From an uncultured Caldilineaceae bacterium (GTDB lineage Bacteria > Chloroflexota > Anaerolineae > Caldilineales > Caldilineaceae), in the NCBI GenBank assembly GCA_964568485.1, contig CAZMRA010000001.1, positions 4,701-62,615 of the forward strand: a stretch of DNA of 57,915 nucleotides. The letters are read 5' to 3'. Below the pieces are notes generated by a model. The model made no database searches and was not told the origin of the DNA. It saw nothing but the letters and a program-made list of their open reading frames with translations. Positions 18,528 through 28,091 of the stretch are shown one piece after another (position 1 is the first letter of the stretch; each line of letters begins with the position of its first letter). Both the position numbers and the translations under genes were made by a program.

Positions 18528-19142
18528 TCAGTTGCTGATAGTCTCGCTGCTGGTCACGGTAAGTGTGGTCGTGATCCCAGTCGTGAAGGGTATGGTGAGC
18601 CCGAGTGTATTGCTGAGCGCAAGCGTTGGTGTTGGCAGTAAGATCAGATTGGTGGTAGTGGCTGTTGCGGTTGGGCTCAGCGTTATGGTTGTGGTGATGG
18701 GCTCAACGAGGGTGTTATCGGTGATGGGTTCAGTTGTCGTCACCGCCGTGGTGATGGTGAGCGGCATTGTCGTGCTGATCGGCAAGGTGACTTCAGTTTC
18801 TGTAAGTGTTGGCGTTACTGCTGGCTCCGGCGTTGCGGTATCAGTGATCACCGGCGTCGTTGAGGGCGTTTCAGTCGGCGGCTCTAGGGTTTCGATGGTA
18901 GGCTCGGCGACCAATACGGCCAAGGTTGGTGTCAAGGTCATCGTCTCAACTAGTAGAACTGCAGGCTCACCCGCATTGGGTGGCTCGGGCTCGTTGGGCA
19001 TCCAGGCCGACGGCGCATAATTGTTCAAGTAAACCGGGATCGAAACCAGGATCATAAAGAGGATCACGCCGATCATATAGCCATAGAGGCGTGCCCGCCG
19101 GTGCGGAGGTACAGGGTGGCGAGGATCAAATGGCTGTTGCAT
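18528..19142 (-). CDS. Single-pass membrane protein with a Thr/Pro-rich low-complexity ectodomain
   Basis: TM segment YMIGVILFMILVSIPVYL, followed by TP-rich sequence (TETPSTTPVITDTATPEPAVTPTLTETE...). Confidence 0.7.
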   Translation of the reverse strand: MQQPFDPRHPVPPHRRARLYGYMIGVILFMILVSIPVYLNNYAPSAWMPNEPEPPNAGEPAVLLVETMTLTPTLAVLVAEPTIETLEPPTETPSTTPVITDTATPEPAVTPTLTETEVTLPISTTMPLTITTAVTTTEPITDNTLVEPITTTITLSPTATATTTNLILLPTPTLALSNTLGLTIPFTTGITTTLTVTSSETISN

Positions 19143-19245
19143 GAGCGACCTGACTAACGAGCATGCTTGCGCTGCGAATGATGATGTCTCGGCTAAGCTT
19201 GTATGAGCAGATAACCTAGAACATCATCATACCGCAGATGGCCGC

Positions 19246-21258
19246 TTATAACAATTGTCGCGGGATCGACTTCAGCCAGCGCCGCTGGTGGAAAGGCACA
19301 CCATCCATGGTAATGTCGAGTTGGATGGTGACGTGGAAATTGTGTTCATCGCTTTCGATCTGCCCGCGGGCGCGGGTGTTGATCTCCCGTTCGGGCCAGT
19401 GCAAAGTCACTTGGCTCAGCCCGCGGATGGTGGCGCGTGCCGGGTTCTTTTCAAAGACCGAGGTGGTGGCCTCTGCTGAACTGGTATAGGTCAGGGTGTC
19501 GCTCACGCGCACATAACCGCTGCGCTGCAGGTGAACTTCGGTCTTGTTTTCCATGTAATCCCGCGTGACTCGCCAAACTGGGCGTTCACTGTGACCACTG
19601 ATTGTGCTGGGGATGGTTGGCGGTGGCAGGAACTGCGGCGTGGGGAGGGCTTCGGTTTGCGGCCCCACCGTCGGCAAGATCACGCTGGAGGCCTGGTCGC
19701 CGCCAAAATAGATGTGCCCCGTATAGAGCTTGGGCGACGGCCACGAGTTGGGATAATCCGCGCCGTTGATGCTAATGCGGATGCGATGACCCGGCGCAAA
19801 GATCCAGCTGGTGGCGTCAAGCAAAAAGTTGACCGAGTACATCCGGCCTGGCTCCAGGGGCTCGGGCGTTTCGTGGGAGTTGCGATGGGTTAAGTTGAGC
19901 ACGCCTTTGGTAACCAATGCCGCCTGACCATCGGGCGCGATATCGGTCAGCCGCACAACGACAAAGGCGACATCCGCTGTGGCGGCAATGTGCAGTTTGG
20001 CTTCAGGGTACCCAAGGATTTCCAGCGGCTCGCTGAGCAGATCACTGGTCCAATTGAGTGAATAGGCATCCTCCACTCGCTGATCCATCGGCAAGATATG
20101 TGGACTGGCCGCGGAAAAGAGGCCAAAGCTTGTGCCCACTGTGGGGTTGTATTCATAACTGGCCGAACCAGCTTCATTGGGCCGTTCGGTTTGCAAGGCT
20201 TCATCTGCTGCCAAATAAAAGGGTTGCGCTATGCCGCGCTCTACCGGCCAGCTGGTTTCATAACGCCAAAAACCACTGGTCAATGGGCGGTCGGCTTGTG
20301 GCGGATCGTATTCTTGCACATAGATGCAGATGGGCGGCTCGCTCATCACCCCGTTATCGATATCTTTCAACCAATAGTCATACCAGCGCACCATCTCGTG
20401 GAGGTGGTCGATACGTGGGCCGGGGACGCCGACATCCGGCCGAGCGTGCAGCCAAGGGCCGATCAGCAACTTTTTGGGGGCTGTCAGGCCAGCAAAGGTG
20501 CGCAAATTGCAATTCGTATAGCCGTCGCGCCAGCCGCCGATCAGAAAAGTGGCCGCGGTGATCGCCGTGTAATCTTCGCAGAGTGACCCTTGGCGCCAAT
20601 AATCGTTGTAAACGTGATTGGACTCCCAGTCCAGCAGCCACGGTTCAGCCTCGAGATGATCGGCCCAAACCTGCGCCCAGCGTTCGCCAACCGCCTCGTA
20701 ATAGGGCGGCAGCGAATTCTGCACAACCATCGACAAGCCATAGGTGGCCATGTCGTAGAGCATCTGCATGGTTCCACCTTTGTAATGGCAATCGTCGGTG
20801 TAGCGATTGTCAGTGAAATACATGGGGCAGATGGCCTTGAGCGCGGGTGGGCGATGCATCGCTACTTGAAGCGAGTTAAAGCCCCCATAGGAAGTGCCAA
20901 ACATGCCCACTTTGCCGGTGCACCATGCTTGGCTTGCCATCCACGCGATCGCTTCGACCCCATCCAATTGCTCTTGCACTGAATACTCGTCGATGGCTGT
21001 GCCATCCGAACTGCCGGTGCCGCGCACATCGAGCTGAATCGAGACATAACCGTGTTGGGCAAGGTAGTGGTGATAGCGCGCCCCGCCTGCGGTCAGATCG
21101 TCTTTGCGATAGGGCAGATATTCGAAGAGGGCCGGGAATTGCCCGGGCGCATCGGGCATGTAGAGCGTGGCATCCAATTCAATGCCGTCGGACATGGGGA
21201 TACGAACATGCTTGACGACCCGTACAGCGTACGGCGCTTCTATGGCGTTGCCGGACAT
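19246..21258 (-). CDS. CocE/NonD family hydrolase (S15 X-Pro dipeptidyl-peptidase-like)
   Basis: The N-terminus IPMSDGIELDATLYMP...YLPYRKDD...DVRGTGSSDG and the nucleophile elbow GTSYGG are typical of CocE/NonD. Confidence 0.9.
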   Translation of the reverse strand: MSGNAIEAPYAVRVVKHVRIPMSDGIELDATLYMPDAPGQFPALFEYLPYRKDDLTAGGARYHHYLAQHGYVSIQLDVRGTGSSDGTAIDEYSVQEQLDGVEAIAWMASQAWCTGKVGMFGTSYGGFNSLQVAMHRPPALKAICPMYFTDNRYTDDCHYKGGTMQMLYDMATYGLSMVVQNSLPPYYEAVGERWAQVWADHLEAEPWLLDWESNHVYNDYWRQGSLCEDYTAITAATFLIGGWRDGYTNCNLRTFAGLTAPKKLLIGPWLHARPDVGVPGPRIDHLHEMVRWYDYWLKDIDNGVMSEPPICIYVQEYDPPQADRPLTSGFWRYETSWPVERGIAQPFYLAADEALQTERPNEAGSASYEYNPTVGTSFGLFSAASPHILPMDQRVEDAYSLNWTSDLLSEPLEILGYPEAKLHIAATADVAFVVVRLTDIAPDGQAALVTKGVLNLTHRNSHETPEPLEPGRMYSVNFLLDATSWIFAPGHRIRISINGADYPNSWPSPKLYTGHIYFGGDQASSVILPTVGPQTEALPTPQFLPPPTIPSTISGHSERPVWRVTRDYMENKTEVHLQRSGYVRVSDTLTYTSSAEATTSVFEKNPARATIRGLSQVTLHWPEREINTRARGQIESDEHNFHVTIQLDITMDGVPFHQRRWLKSIPRQLL

Positions 21259-21292
21259 GGTTTCCTTCTTGTTGTGAAAATGACAAAGAAGA

Positions 21293-22120
21293 TTAGTGGG
21301 TCAGCCCCAGCGGTGTCAGCTCGGCGTGTACGTAATCGAGTACGGCTGTTTCTAACGCAGCTGGATAGGCAAAGCCATGCCGATGGGCGATGTCTGGTCC
21401 GACCTGTTGCATGATGTGGGCCAGGGCCAAGTGGGCTTTGGCCATCTCGGCGGTGGTAAGGCCATTCATGCTGAGTGCTGCTTCAAGTTGTTGACGGCTG
21501 TCGCCGGGCAGATAGTTATTCAAGTGCTTGACGCCTCGGTCGCGCACAATCCCATAGCCGCTCAGCAGAATATCCGTCAGTAGATTGATCTCAATCCCCA
21601 GCCCGAAGACACCGATGATCAACTCGCTGCGGCCAACCCCCGCGGGGAGTAAGGAGATGCAGCGCCAGAACTCTTGGATCAGCCCCTCAAGCCGCGCTGC
21701 AACGGCGGCGGGATCAGCAGCTGGCGCGGCGGCGTCAAAGGAAAGTGCGTCAGGTTGGGCTAAAAGTACCCGCGCCTTCGCTGGATCAATCGACTTGCTG
21801 GCATCATTGTGTAACCAGATGTCGAGGCGCAAGCCATCGACGGTCAATGCATTGATCATGCGGCCGTCGAACATCAGCTTATAAAGCACCAATGGCCGGA
21901 TCTCGTTCAGCCACGCCTCCGCACCGGTGCGGAAACGCTCTACTTGCTCCGGCATCAGCAGCAGATGGATGTCCAAATCTGAATAGCGGTCGGCTTGGCC
22001 ACGTCCAAAGCTGCCTTCAAGCCAGGCTGCGCGGATGGCAGCTTCGGCTTGGAGTTTTTGTGTCAATGTTTGCAGATACTCCCCTTGCATCGGGGTCGGG
22101 GCTTCAATTGGATTGTTCAT
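21293..22120 (-). CDS. Nucleotidyltransferase, ANT(6)/AadK-like architecture
   Basis: LEGSFGRGQADRYSDLDIHLLL NTase motif. A downstream EFWRCISLLPAGVGRSELIIGV resembles the AadK EFW...KGLARNE region. Confidence 0.68.
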   Translation of the reverse strand: MNNPIEAPTPMQGEYLQTLTQKLQAEAAIRAAWLEGSFGRGQADRYSDLDIHLLLMPEQVERFRTGAEAWLNEIRPLVLYKLMFDGRMINALTVDGLRLDIWLHNDASKSIDPAKARVLLAQPDALSFDAAAPAADPAAVAARLEGLIQEFWRCISLLPAGVGRSELIIGVFGLGIEINLLTDILLSGYGIVRDRGVKHLNNYLPGDSRQQLEAALSMNGLTTAEMAKAHLALAHIMQQVGPDIAHRHGFAYPAALETAVLDYVHAELTPLGLTH

Positions 22121-22123
22121 TGG

Positions 22124-23287
22124 TCATCCTTCTACAAAGCGGCAAAAGCGTTCGAGCGCCGGTTCGAGCACACTCATGTCCGACGCCGTACAGAGCCGCA
22201 CGGAACCTTCGCCGCCTGCGCCAAAGGCGACGCCAGGGGCCACCGAAACCTTGGTCGCGCGCAGCAGATCCAGCGCAAACTGGAAAGAATCATCCACCCC
22301 GCTGATGCGTGGGAACAGATAAAACGCCCCATCGGGTTTGGGCACATGCACACCCTTGGTACTGGTCAAGGCTTGATAGCAAAAGTCGAGCCGCTCATGG
22401 AAGAGTTCGGCGCGGGCTGCGATTTCATCCTCGCCATGCTTGAGGGCAAATTCGCCCGCTTTTTGCACAAAGGTGGCGGCATGCGAGATGATAAACTCAT
22501 TCAGCGGCGTGGCCTGCTCGATCAGATCGCGCCGGCTGATGGCCCACCCCAAGCGCCAGCCAGTCATGCAGTAGCTCTTCGAGAAAGATTGCACGACGAT
22601 CACAGCATCTTCACGCGTGCACAGCCGCAAGATCGACGGCGCTACGGGGCCGTGAAAGTAGATCCGCTCGTACACTTCATCGGCCAGCAGCCATAAGCGG
22701 TGGCGGCGACAAAAAGCGAGTAATTGTTGCTGCTCTTCGGCGGTGGCCACCCAGCCCAACGGATTGGAGGGCGAGGTATAGATCAACAAGCGCGTGTGCT
22801 CGGTGATCGCCGCTTCGAGTGCGGCAAAATCGATGGCAAAGCGCTCACCATCCACCTGCAGTGGGATCTCGATCGGCGTAGCGCCGTACAATTTGACGAT
22901 CTCGCCGCCATTGGGCCAGTTGGGGCTGAGGATCAACGCCTCGTCACCGGGGTTGAGGGTGCAGCGGATGGTGACGTTGAGGGCTTGCACGCCGGACGCC
23001 GTGACGATCACTTCGCTGGCCGGGTCCACAGTGACGTTGTGCAGCTCCGCCACCTTCTCGGCGATCGCTTGACGTAAACTGGGCAAACCGGCATTTTCAC
23101 TGTAGTAGGTGTAGCCAGCCGCCAACGCTGCCTCGGCCGCCGCTTTGATCGGTGCTGGCGTGGGCAAGTTCGACTCACCAAAATGGAGCTTGTAGACGCC
23201 CTCCATGCCAAAGGCCACATCCGCTACGGCACGGATCAGCGATGGTTGAATGCGACTTAACGAGGAAGCTAAACTGATTGCGCTCAT
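22124..23287 (-). CDS. PLP-dependent aminotransferase, class I (aspartate/aromatic type)
   Basis: PLP-lysine motif SFSKSYCMTGWRLGW. Also has the NP and PGD motifs. Confidence 0.9.
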   Translation of the reverse strand: MSAISLASSLSRIQPSLIRAVADVAFGMEGVYKLHFGESNLPTPAPIKAAAEAALAAGYTYYSENAGLPSLRQAIAEKVAELHNVTVDPASEVIVTASGVQALNVTIRCTLNPGDEALILSPNWPNGGEIVKLYGATPIEIPLQVDGERFAIDFAALEAAITEHTRLLIYTSPSNPLGWVATAEEQQQLLAFCRRHRLWLLADEVYERIYFHGPVAPSILRLCTREDAVIVVQSFSKSYCMTGWRLGWAISRRDLIEQATPLNEFIISHAATFVQKAGEFALKHGEDEIAARAELFHERLDFCYQALTSTKGVHVPKPDGAFYLFPRISGVDDSFQFALDLLRATKVSVAPGVAFGAGGEGSVRLCTASDMSVLEPALERFCRFVEG

Positions 23288-23378
23288 GGTGGCTGATTTC
23301 CTAGCAAGTACAGTGAATATACCGGTTTTGGAATAGAAGATGGCCCGTTGCGGATTGCATTAGGCGTGCATCCAGTGA

Positions 23379-24152
23379 TTAGCGGTCGGTCGCAACGACA
23401 TCGGCACTGATTTGCAGCTTCTCCCATGTCTCGTCTGTCTCGAGTGTGACCACGCGGAAGACTTCGGCGTAGGTCATCTCTTTGCCCTTGGCGGCTTCTG
23501 CACCCCAACTGCGCAACATGCCATCTACATCCCATTCGCCCAACTGGCTGACATGTTTATGTAGAGCTTCCAACTTCAGATCCATCGTCTCGCTGATATC
23601 GACCCAAGTGCTGCCTGGAGAACCTTCGCCCCAATTCATGGCATAGACTTTGCGGACTTTGTGCGCCTTCAAGCCTTCTTCGGCCAATTCCTCAAAGAGG
23701 TGAGGTTGACCCGCTGCGGGGAAGATTGCATCGATTGTGGCATAGGCCACGGCGCGATGGTCGGGGTGATTGATGTAATTCTCGCCGGCCCAGAGCACCG
23801 TGGGATCGGTGGTTACGACCACTTCGGGCCGAAATTGGCGGATCTGGCGGACGATCTTTTTGCGCAGAGCCATGGTGTTTTCGACCATGCCATCGGGTTC
23901 GCGGAAAAAGACCACATCGTGCACGCCGACCACAGCCGCGGCCGCGACCTGCTCGGCTTCGCGAATTTCTGCAGCTTGGGCCCGGGTAATGTCCGGTTTG
24001 GCAATCCCAACATCGCCGCTAGTGACCAAGACATAACGCACGGTGCACCCATCGCGCACCCAGCGCGCAATGGTGCCAGCACAACCAAATTCAATATCAT
24101 CGGGGTGAGCCATCACCACCATGGCTCGTTTCGGTGTATAGGGATTCCGCAT
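23379..24152 (-). CDS. PIG-L/LmbE family N-acetylglucosaminyl deacetylase
   Basis: [15 protein letters not shown] motif. Start moved to the ATG at 24152, which has GGAG 7 nt upstream. The 58-aa extension in the ORF track is unsupported. Confidence 0.85.
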   Translation of the reverse strand: MRNPYTPKRAMVVMAHPDDIEFGCAGTIARWVRDGCTVRYVLVTSGDVGIAKPDITRAQAAEIREAEQVAAAAVVGVHDVVFFREPDGMVENTMALRKKIVRQIRQFRPEVVVTTDPTVLWAGENYINHPDHRAVAYATIDAIFPAAGQPHLFEELAEEGLKAHKVRKVYAMNWGEGSPGSTWVDISETMDLKLEALHKHVSQLGEWDVDGMLRSWGAEAAKGKEMTYAEVFRVVTLETDETWEKLQISADVVATDR

Positions 24153-24475
24153 CTGTAAACTCCATTTTTCTGTAAGTATCTTGCGGATGGCAAGTTTGTT
24201 GGTTTCACCGGTTGCTGGCTGCTTGCAATGGGTTTGTAGTATCTGGTGGAGCTTTTGAGACACCTGCCTTTGCGCAGACAGACTGAACCGGACGGTAGTT
24301 AGTAACGTTATTGTAGGCATTGCCATCCATTCTTGCTAATTGGCATACAGAAACGGCAGACAATGGCGCGCTGGATTCGCAAGTCGAGCGCCGTAAGCGC
24401 ATCATCATGCCAGTTGCGTCATGCGCCCCGAAGATACGTTACTAGCTTCTCCCTAGCGCAAAGGAACGAGGTGCT

Positions 24476-25381
24476 ATGATTCAGGCGAACTTATTGCCCC
24501 CGCAGGTCGCGTCCGCTCAGATCCGCACCGTGATCGGGTTGATCAGCGACACCCATATCCCCGAACGGTATGCGGCTTTGCCCGAGACCGTCTTGACTAT
24601 CTTCCGCGGGGTTGATCTGATCCTGCATGCGGGGGATGTGGGCGATCTCGTCGTGTTGGATCAGTTGAGCCAGTGCGCACCAGTAATCGCAGTGCATGGG
24701 AACGATGAACCTGCCGCTATCCAGCGGGAATTGCCCTACCAGCAAGTGGTGACCGTGGCCGGGCAACGAATTTTGCTCTGGCACAGCCATTATGTGGACC
24801 GGGTGGACGAACTCGATTCGCGGCGCGGCGACGAGCTGCTCAGCAAGTTGGGGCGTTCGGTGCAGCGGGCCAAACGGGCCGGCGCAACGGTGGCCGTCTT
24901 TGGTCATTGGCACATTCCACTGCTGTACGAAGCCGAAGGTGTCTTGGTCATCAATCCGGGCGCAATTGCGGCGAGTAGTATCTTCACCCGCCAGGTGCGG
25001 CAGACCGTGGCCTTGCTCTTTTTGCTGGCAGATGGCAGCGCCCAAGTGCGGCATGTGGATCTCGCTGAGCCGACCACCAGTTTTCCCCTCACGCCCCTCA
25101 CCCGTGAACCCGGTTTTGCCGCCGCGGCCAGCCCCTACTCGGCATCGATCCTTTCGCCTGCATTACAAGCAAACTTCGCTGCCCTGCGAGCGATCGGCGA
25201 AACGATCACGCGGCCTTACGCCCTGCCGCCATTCTTGCGGATGGCGCATCGCTGCTGGGCAGGGCAACAAGCCGAGATCACCTATGCCGATTTGCTGGCC
25301 GAAGTCGAGGCTGATGAGGAGCTACCCACCCGGATCAAGGAGCGCTATTTGGCCTTGCTGCGGGCGCTGCCGATCACGTAA
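24476..25381 (+). CDS. Metallophosphoesterase (YfcE/MJ0936-like) with an unassigned C-terminal extension of about 110 aa
   Basis: Motifs ISDTHIP, HAGDVGD, VHGNDE and GHWH. GAGGTG SD. Confidence 0.8.
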   Translation: MIQANLLPPQVASAQIRTVIGLISDTHIPERYAALPETVLTIFRGVDLILHAGDVGDLVVLDQLSQCAPVIAVHGNDEPAAIQRELPYQQVVTVAGQRILLWHSHYVDRVDELDSRRGDELLSKLGRSVQRAKRAGATVAVFGHWHIPLLYEAEGVLVINPGAIAASSIFTRQVRQTVALLFLLADGSAQVRHVDLAEPTTSFPLTPLTREPGFAAAASPYSASILSPALQANFAALRAIGETITRPYALPPFLRMAHRCWAGQQAEITYADLLAEVEADEELPTRIKERYLALLRALPIT

Positions 25382-25395
25382 GGAACACCCAAGAT

Positions 25396-25435
25396 GCGAT
25401 TGGCGAGCGGAGCCACTTCCACGCTCGCCAATCGC
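25396..25435. terminator. 14-bp hairpin between convergent genes
   Basis: GCGATTGGCGAGCG-12 nt-CGCTCGCCAATCGC. No clear U-run. Confidence 0.5.
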
Positions 25436-25447
25436 TGGATCCTCTCG

Positions 25448-26794
25448 TTAGATGGCTCCGGGCGGGCCGAAATTGGCCGTCGTGTCATCCAGCACCAGCA
25501 CCCAATCGGGGCCATCGACCGGGGGAATAAAGCTGACGCGCATATGGGCATGCACTTCACCAATCGACGTAGCTATGCCCGTGCGTGGGTTGTACCACCA
25601 GGCTTGAAAATTGCTGTTTCCAATCCGACTCAGTTCAATGGTTACTTGGGCGCGTAGCGGGAGGTAGACAAAGGCATAGTGGCCTTCAGCGTCGCGGGTG
25701 GCTTGCACGTGACTTTCGGCATCACCCGCAGGCGAGACCAAAATGTCCTGGGCAGGGATGCGGGTCAACTGGGGCCGCGATTCGATCAAGTCGCGCAGGA
25801 ATTGTACTTGGTTGGCGCCGGGTCGCTCGATTGCTTCTTGCCAAGTGCACTCAGCATGGTTATGGGGCGCACGGGGTGGCGCATAAAATTGCCAAACCGA
25901 GTGATGCCCATAGGTGACGCCGCAGCCGCCCGCAAAGACCGAGCGATAGAGCTGTTTGCGAACATCATAATCCCGATAATAGCCGTTGCTGCTATTCCAG
26001 TTAGGCCAGGGATTGACCGGATGATCTTCGTAATTGGGCTCGCCATCGAGGGTGGGCTTGGCCGGTTCTAGAGCGTAATCATGGCTGATCATATCCCAGA
26101 CTGCGGTATCGCGGCCCGATCCATGGCCCGATTGCATCATGTTAAAATCGAGCCATTCTTCGTTGTGCAGCCAAGTGGAGCTGGTTTGGCGGCCGTTGGG
26201 ATGATACGTCTTGAGCGTGCGGAATCCGGCACCCGCGTCGATCCCGGCAGCCATGGCTGCCCACAAGGGGAGATAATCATTCTGTTCGTGCACCGCCGGG
26301 CGATCACCGCCCAGGATCCACACAATGTTACTCTGGTTGGCATAGCGCCGTCCCAAAAATTCCCCGTAGGCGCGTGCGTTTTCAACGGTAAAGACCACCG
26401 GGCCCACACCCCACTGACCATGATTGACCTTGTCGCCCCAAGTTGGCAGCAGGCCGATGTATAATTCATAGCGCGCAGCGAGCTCGATCAATTCATCCAC
26501 ATAGGCAAAATAGGCCTCGTTGGGACGGGTCGGGTCGTCGTCGAGCAGCGGGGTCTCGCCGTAGGCATTGGGCGTGTGCAACCCATCAAATTCGGCGAGC
26601 GCTACTGCTTGGATCACCGTAAAGCGCTGGCGTTGACGAGTGGCAAAATAGTGTTTGGCCTCCTCCCGCGTGAGGCGATGAAAGAGCTCCCAAGCGGTAT
26701 CGGCGAGCCAAAAGAAGGGCTTACCATCGACGGTGGTTAGCATGCGCTGATTGGCGCTCACTTGCAGACGGGGCAACGGATTTGCTTGCGTCAT
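25448..26794 (-). CDS. DUF4038 / glycoside hydrolase family 140-like protein
   Basis: The N-terminal [23 protein letters not shown]...FTVIQAVAL pattern is typical of DUF4038 (GH140), with a C-terminal beta domain. Confidence 0.78.
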   Translation of the reverse strand: MTQANPLPRLQVSANQRMLTTVDGKPFFWLADTAWELFHRLTREEAKHYFATRQRQRFTVIQAVALAEFDGLHTPNAYGETPLLDDDPTRPNEAYFAYVDELIELAARYELYIGLLPTWGDKVNHGQWGVGPVVFTVENARAYGEFLGRRYANQSNIVWILGGDRPAVHEQNDYLPLWAAMAAGIDAGAGFRTLKTYHPNGRQTSSTWLHNEEWLDFNMMQSGHGSGRDTAVWDMISHDYALEPAKPTLDGEPNYEDHPVNPWPNWNSSNGYYRDYDVRKQLYRSVFAGGCGVTYGHHSVWQFYAPPRAPHNHAECTWQEAIERPGANQVQFLRDLIESRPQLTRIPAQDILVSPAGDAESHVQATRDAEGHYAFVYLPLRAQVTIELSRIGNSNFQAWWYNPRTGIATSIGEVHAHMRVSFIPPVDGPDWVLVLDDTTANFGPPGAI

Positions 26795-27025
26795 CGGGCA
26801 ATTATCCTTTGGTAGCGCCGCAAGCCTGAATTTTAGCTAACGTTTGCGGCTGATAACTTTTATTGGTTTGGTTGACTGAATGTTTGGGGTCGATCTTTGC
26901 GCACTTTGCCTATCGATTATACCATAGACCGCTGTTATGCTGAGCGCGTCAGTAATGACGACGCACCTTGTAAGTTCAGGCACGAATTCTTCGCCGAACA
27001 GATCCTGCTTACCACGGATATCACC

Positions 27026-27823
27026 ATGCCTGCGACCGAATTAGACCGTTTGGTTGATACTGTACTGGCTACTAGCAAATACCGCGCGATCGCACCAGAT
27101 TTGGTGCGCAACGTGGGTGCTCAGGAATTGGACAAGCGTCGTACGTTCAAAGAAGCGATCAAAGCGACCAAAAACAAACTCCACCAAATTGCTGCCGTCT
27201 ACCAGACCGGGCACATTCGCTACGACTATTGGCTACAACAGCTGCGCGACGCTCCGAATCAGCCTGCGCTACAAGCGGCGTGTGCCTCTACCATGGCCCA
27301 CCATGTCTCGACCCGCGAGCGTTTGCCGTTCATCGAATCGTTTTATACGACGCTCTTTACTGGGCTCCCGCCAATCAACACGATTTTGGATCTAGCGTGT
27401 GGCTTAAATCCGCTTGCCATCCCGTGGATGGGCTTGGCCGGTGATGTGCGTTACATCGCTTATGATATTTATCGTGATCAGGCTGACTTTTTGAATCGAG
27501 CATTTCCCTTGTTGGGCGTGCGTGGACGGGCCCATGTGGTGGATCTCCTGCAACAGTCGGTTCTCCCAACCACCGATGTAGCACTACTGCTCAAGACCAT
27601 TCCCTGCTTGGAACAAGCGGACAAGGATATTGGTCAGCGTCTCTTCAACCAGATCGACGCTCCGGTCTTGATCATTTCCTTCCCGCTGCGTAGTTTGGGC
27701 GGCCACGAAAAAGGGATGTGCGAGCACTACGAACGCCACTTTTACGAATTGGTCGCGGGGCGCGACTGGACGATCGATCGTTATGTCTTCCAGAGCGAGT
27801 TGGTCTATCGTATCCGCCGCTAA
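27026..27823 (+). CDS. 16S rRNA (guanine1405-N7)-methyltransferase, FmrO/Rmt/Arm/Kgm family (aminoglycoside-resistance type)
   Basis: SKYRAIAPDLVRNV, HHVSTRERL, ILDLACGLNPLAI, DVALLLKTIPCLE and ISFPLRSLGGHEKGM line up block for block with RmtB/ArmA as I recall them. Start moved to the ATG at 27026. Confidence 0.85.
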   Translation: MPATELDRLVDTVLATSKYRAIAPDLVRNVGAQELDKRRTFKEAIKATKNKLHQIAAVYQTGHIRYDYWLQQLRDAPNQPALQAACASTMAHHVSTRERLPFIESFYTTLFTGLPPINTILDLACGLNPLAIPWMGLAGDVRYIAYDIYRDQADFLNRAFPLLGVRGRAHVVDLLQQSVLPTTDVALLLKTIPCLEQADKDIGQRLFNQIDAPVLIISFPLRSLGGHEKGMCEHYERHFYELVAGRDWTIDRYVFQSELVYRIRR

Positions 27824-28091
27824 ATCATCCAGCGGTTGTGTTTTGGCCAATAGCGTATCCAAGTAGCCGAAGCCCTGGCGAGCTGCTTGGTGGCTATTTG
27901 TTTAGACAATTCCCCATCATGTACAATTCCCTCACCTTTCGCCCATAGAACTCCTCAATCTGATGACGCTGGACCGTTTTTGACCTTGTTCATTGTTGTC
28001 ATCGTGTGGGCCTGCAAGCCATTTCATTCAACGCTTTTCCAAAACAACTTCAGATCTGCTGTTCGAGTGAGAGGACAGAGGAGGATGCTAC

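Noticed and set aside
19143-19245. 10-bp inverted repeat ATGATGATGT...ACATCATCAT downstream of the CocE gene
   Set aside because: The loop is 33 nt and there is no U-run, so the evidence is too weak to call a terminator or regulatory element.
26897-27025. 43-codon extension of the rRNA methyltransferase ORF (similar extensions at 24153..24326, 43773..43832, 57374..57517, 39163..39195 and 54171..54212)
   Set aside because: The homologous families start at the internal Met. The extensions begin at weak or alternative codons, lack an SD, or would overlap the neighbouring gene.
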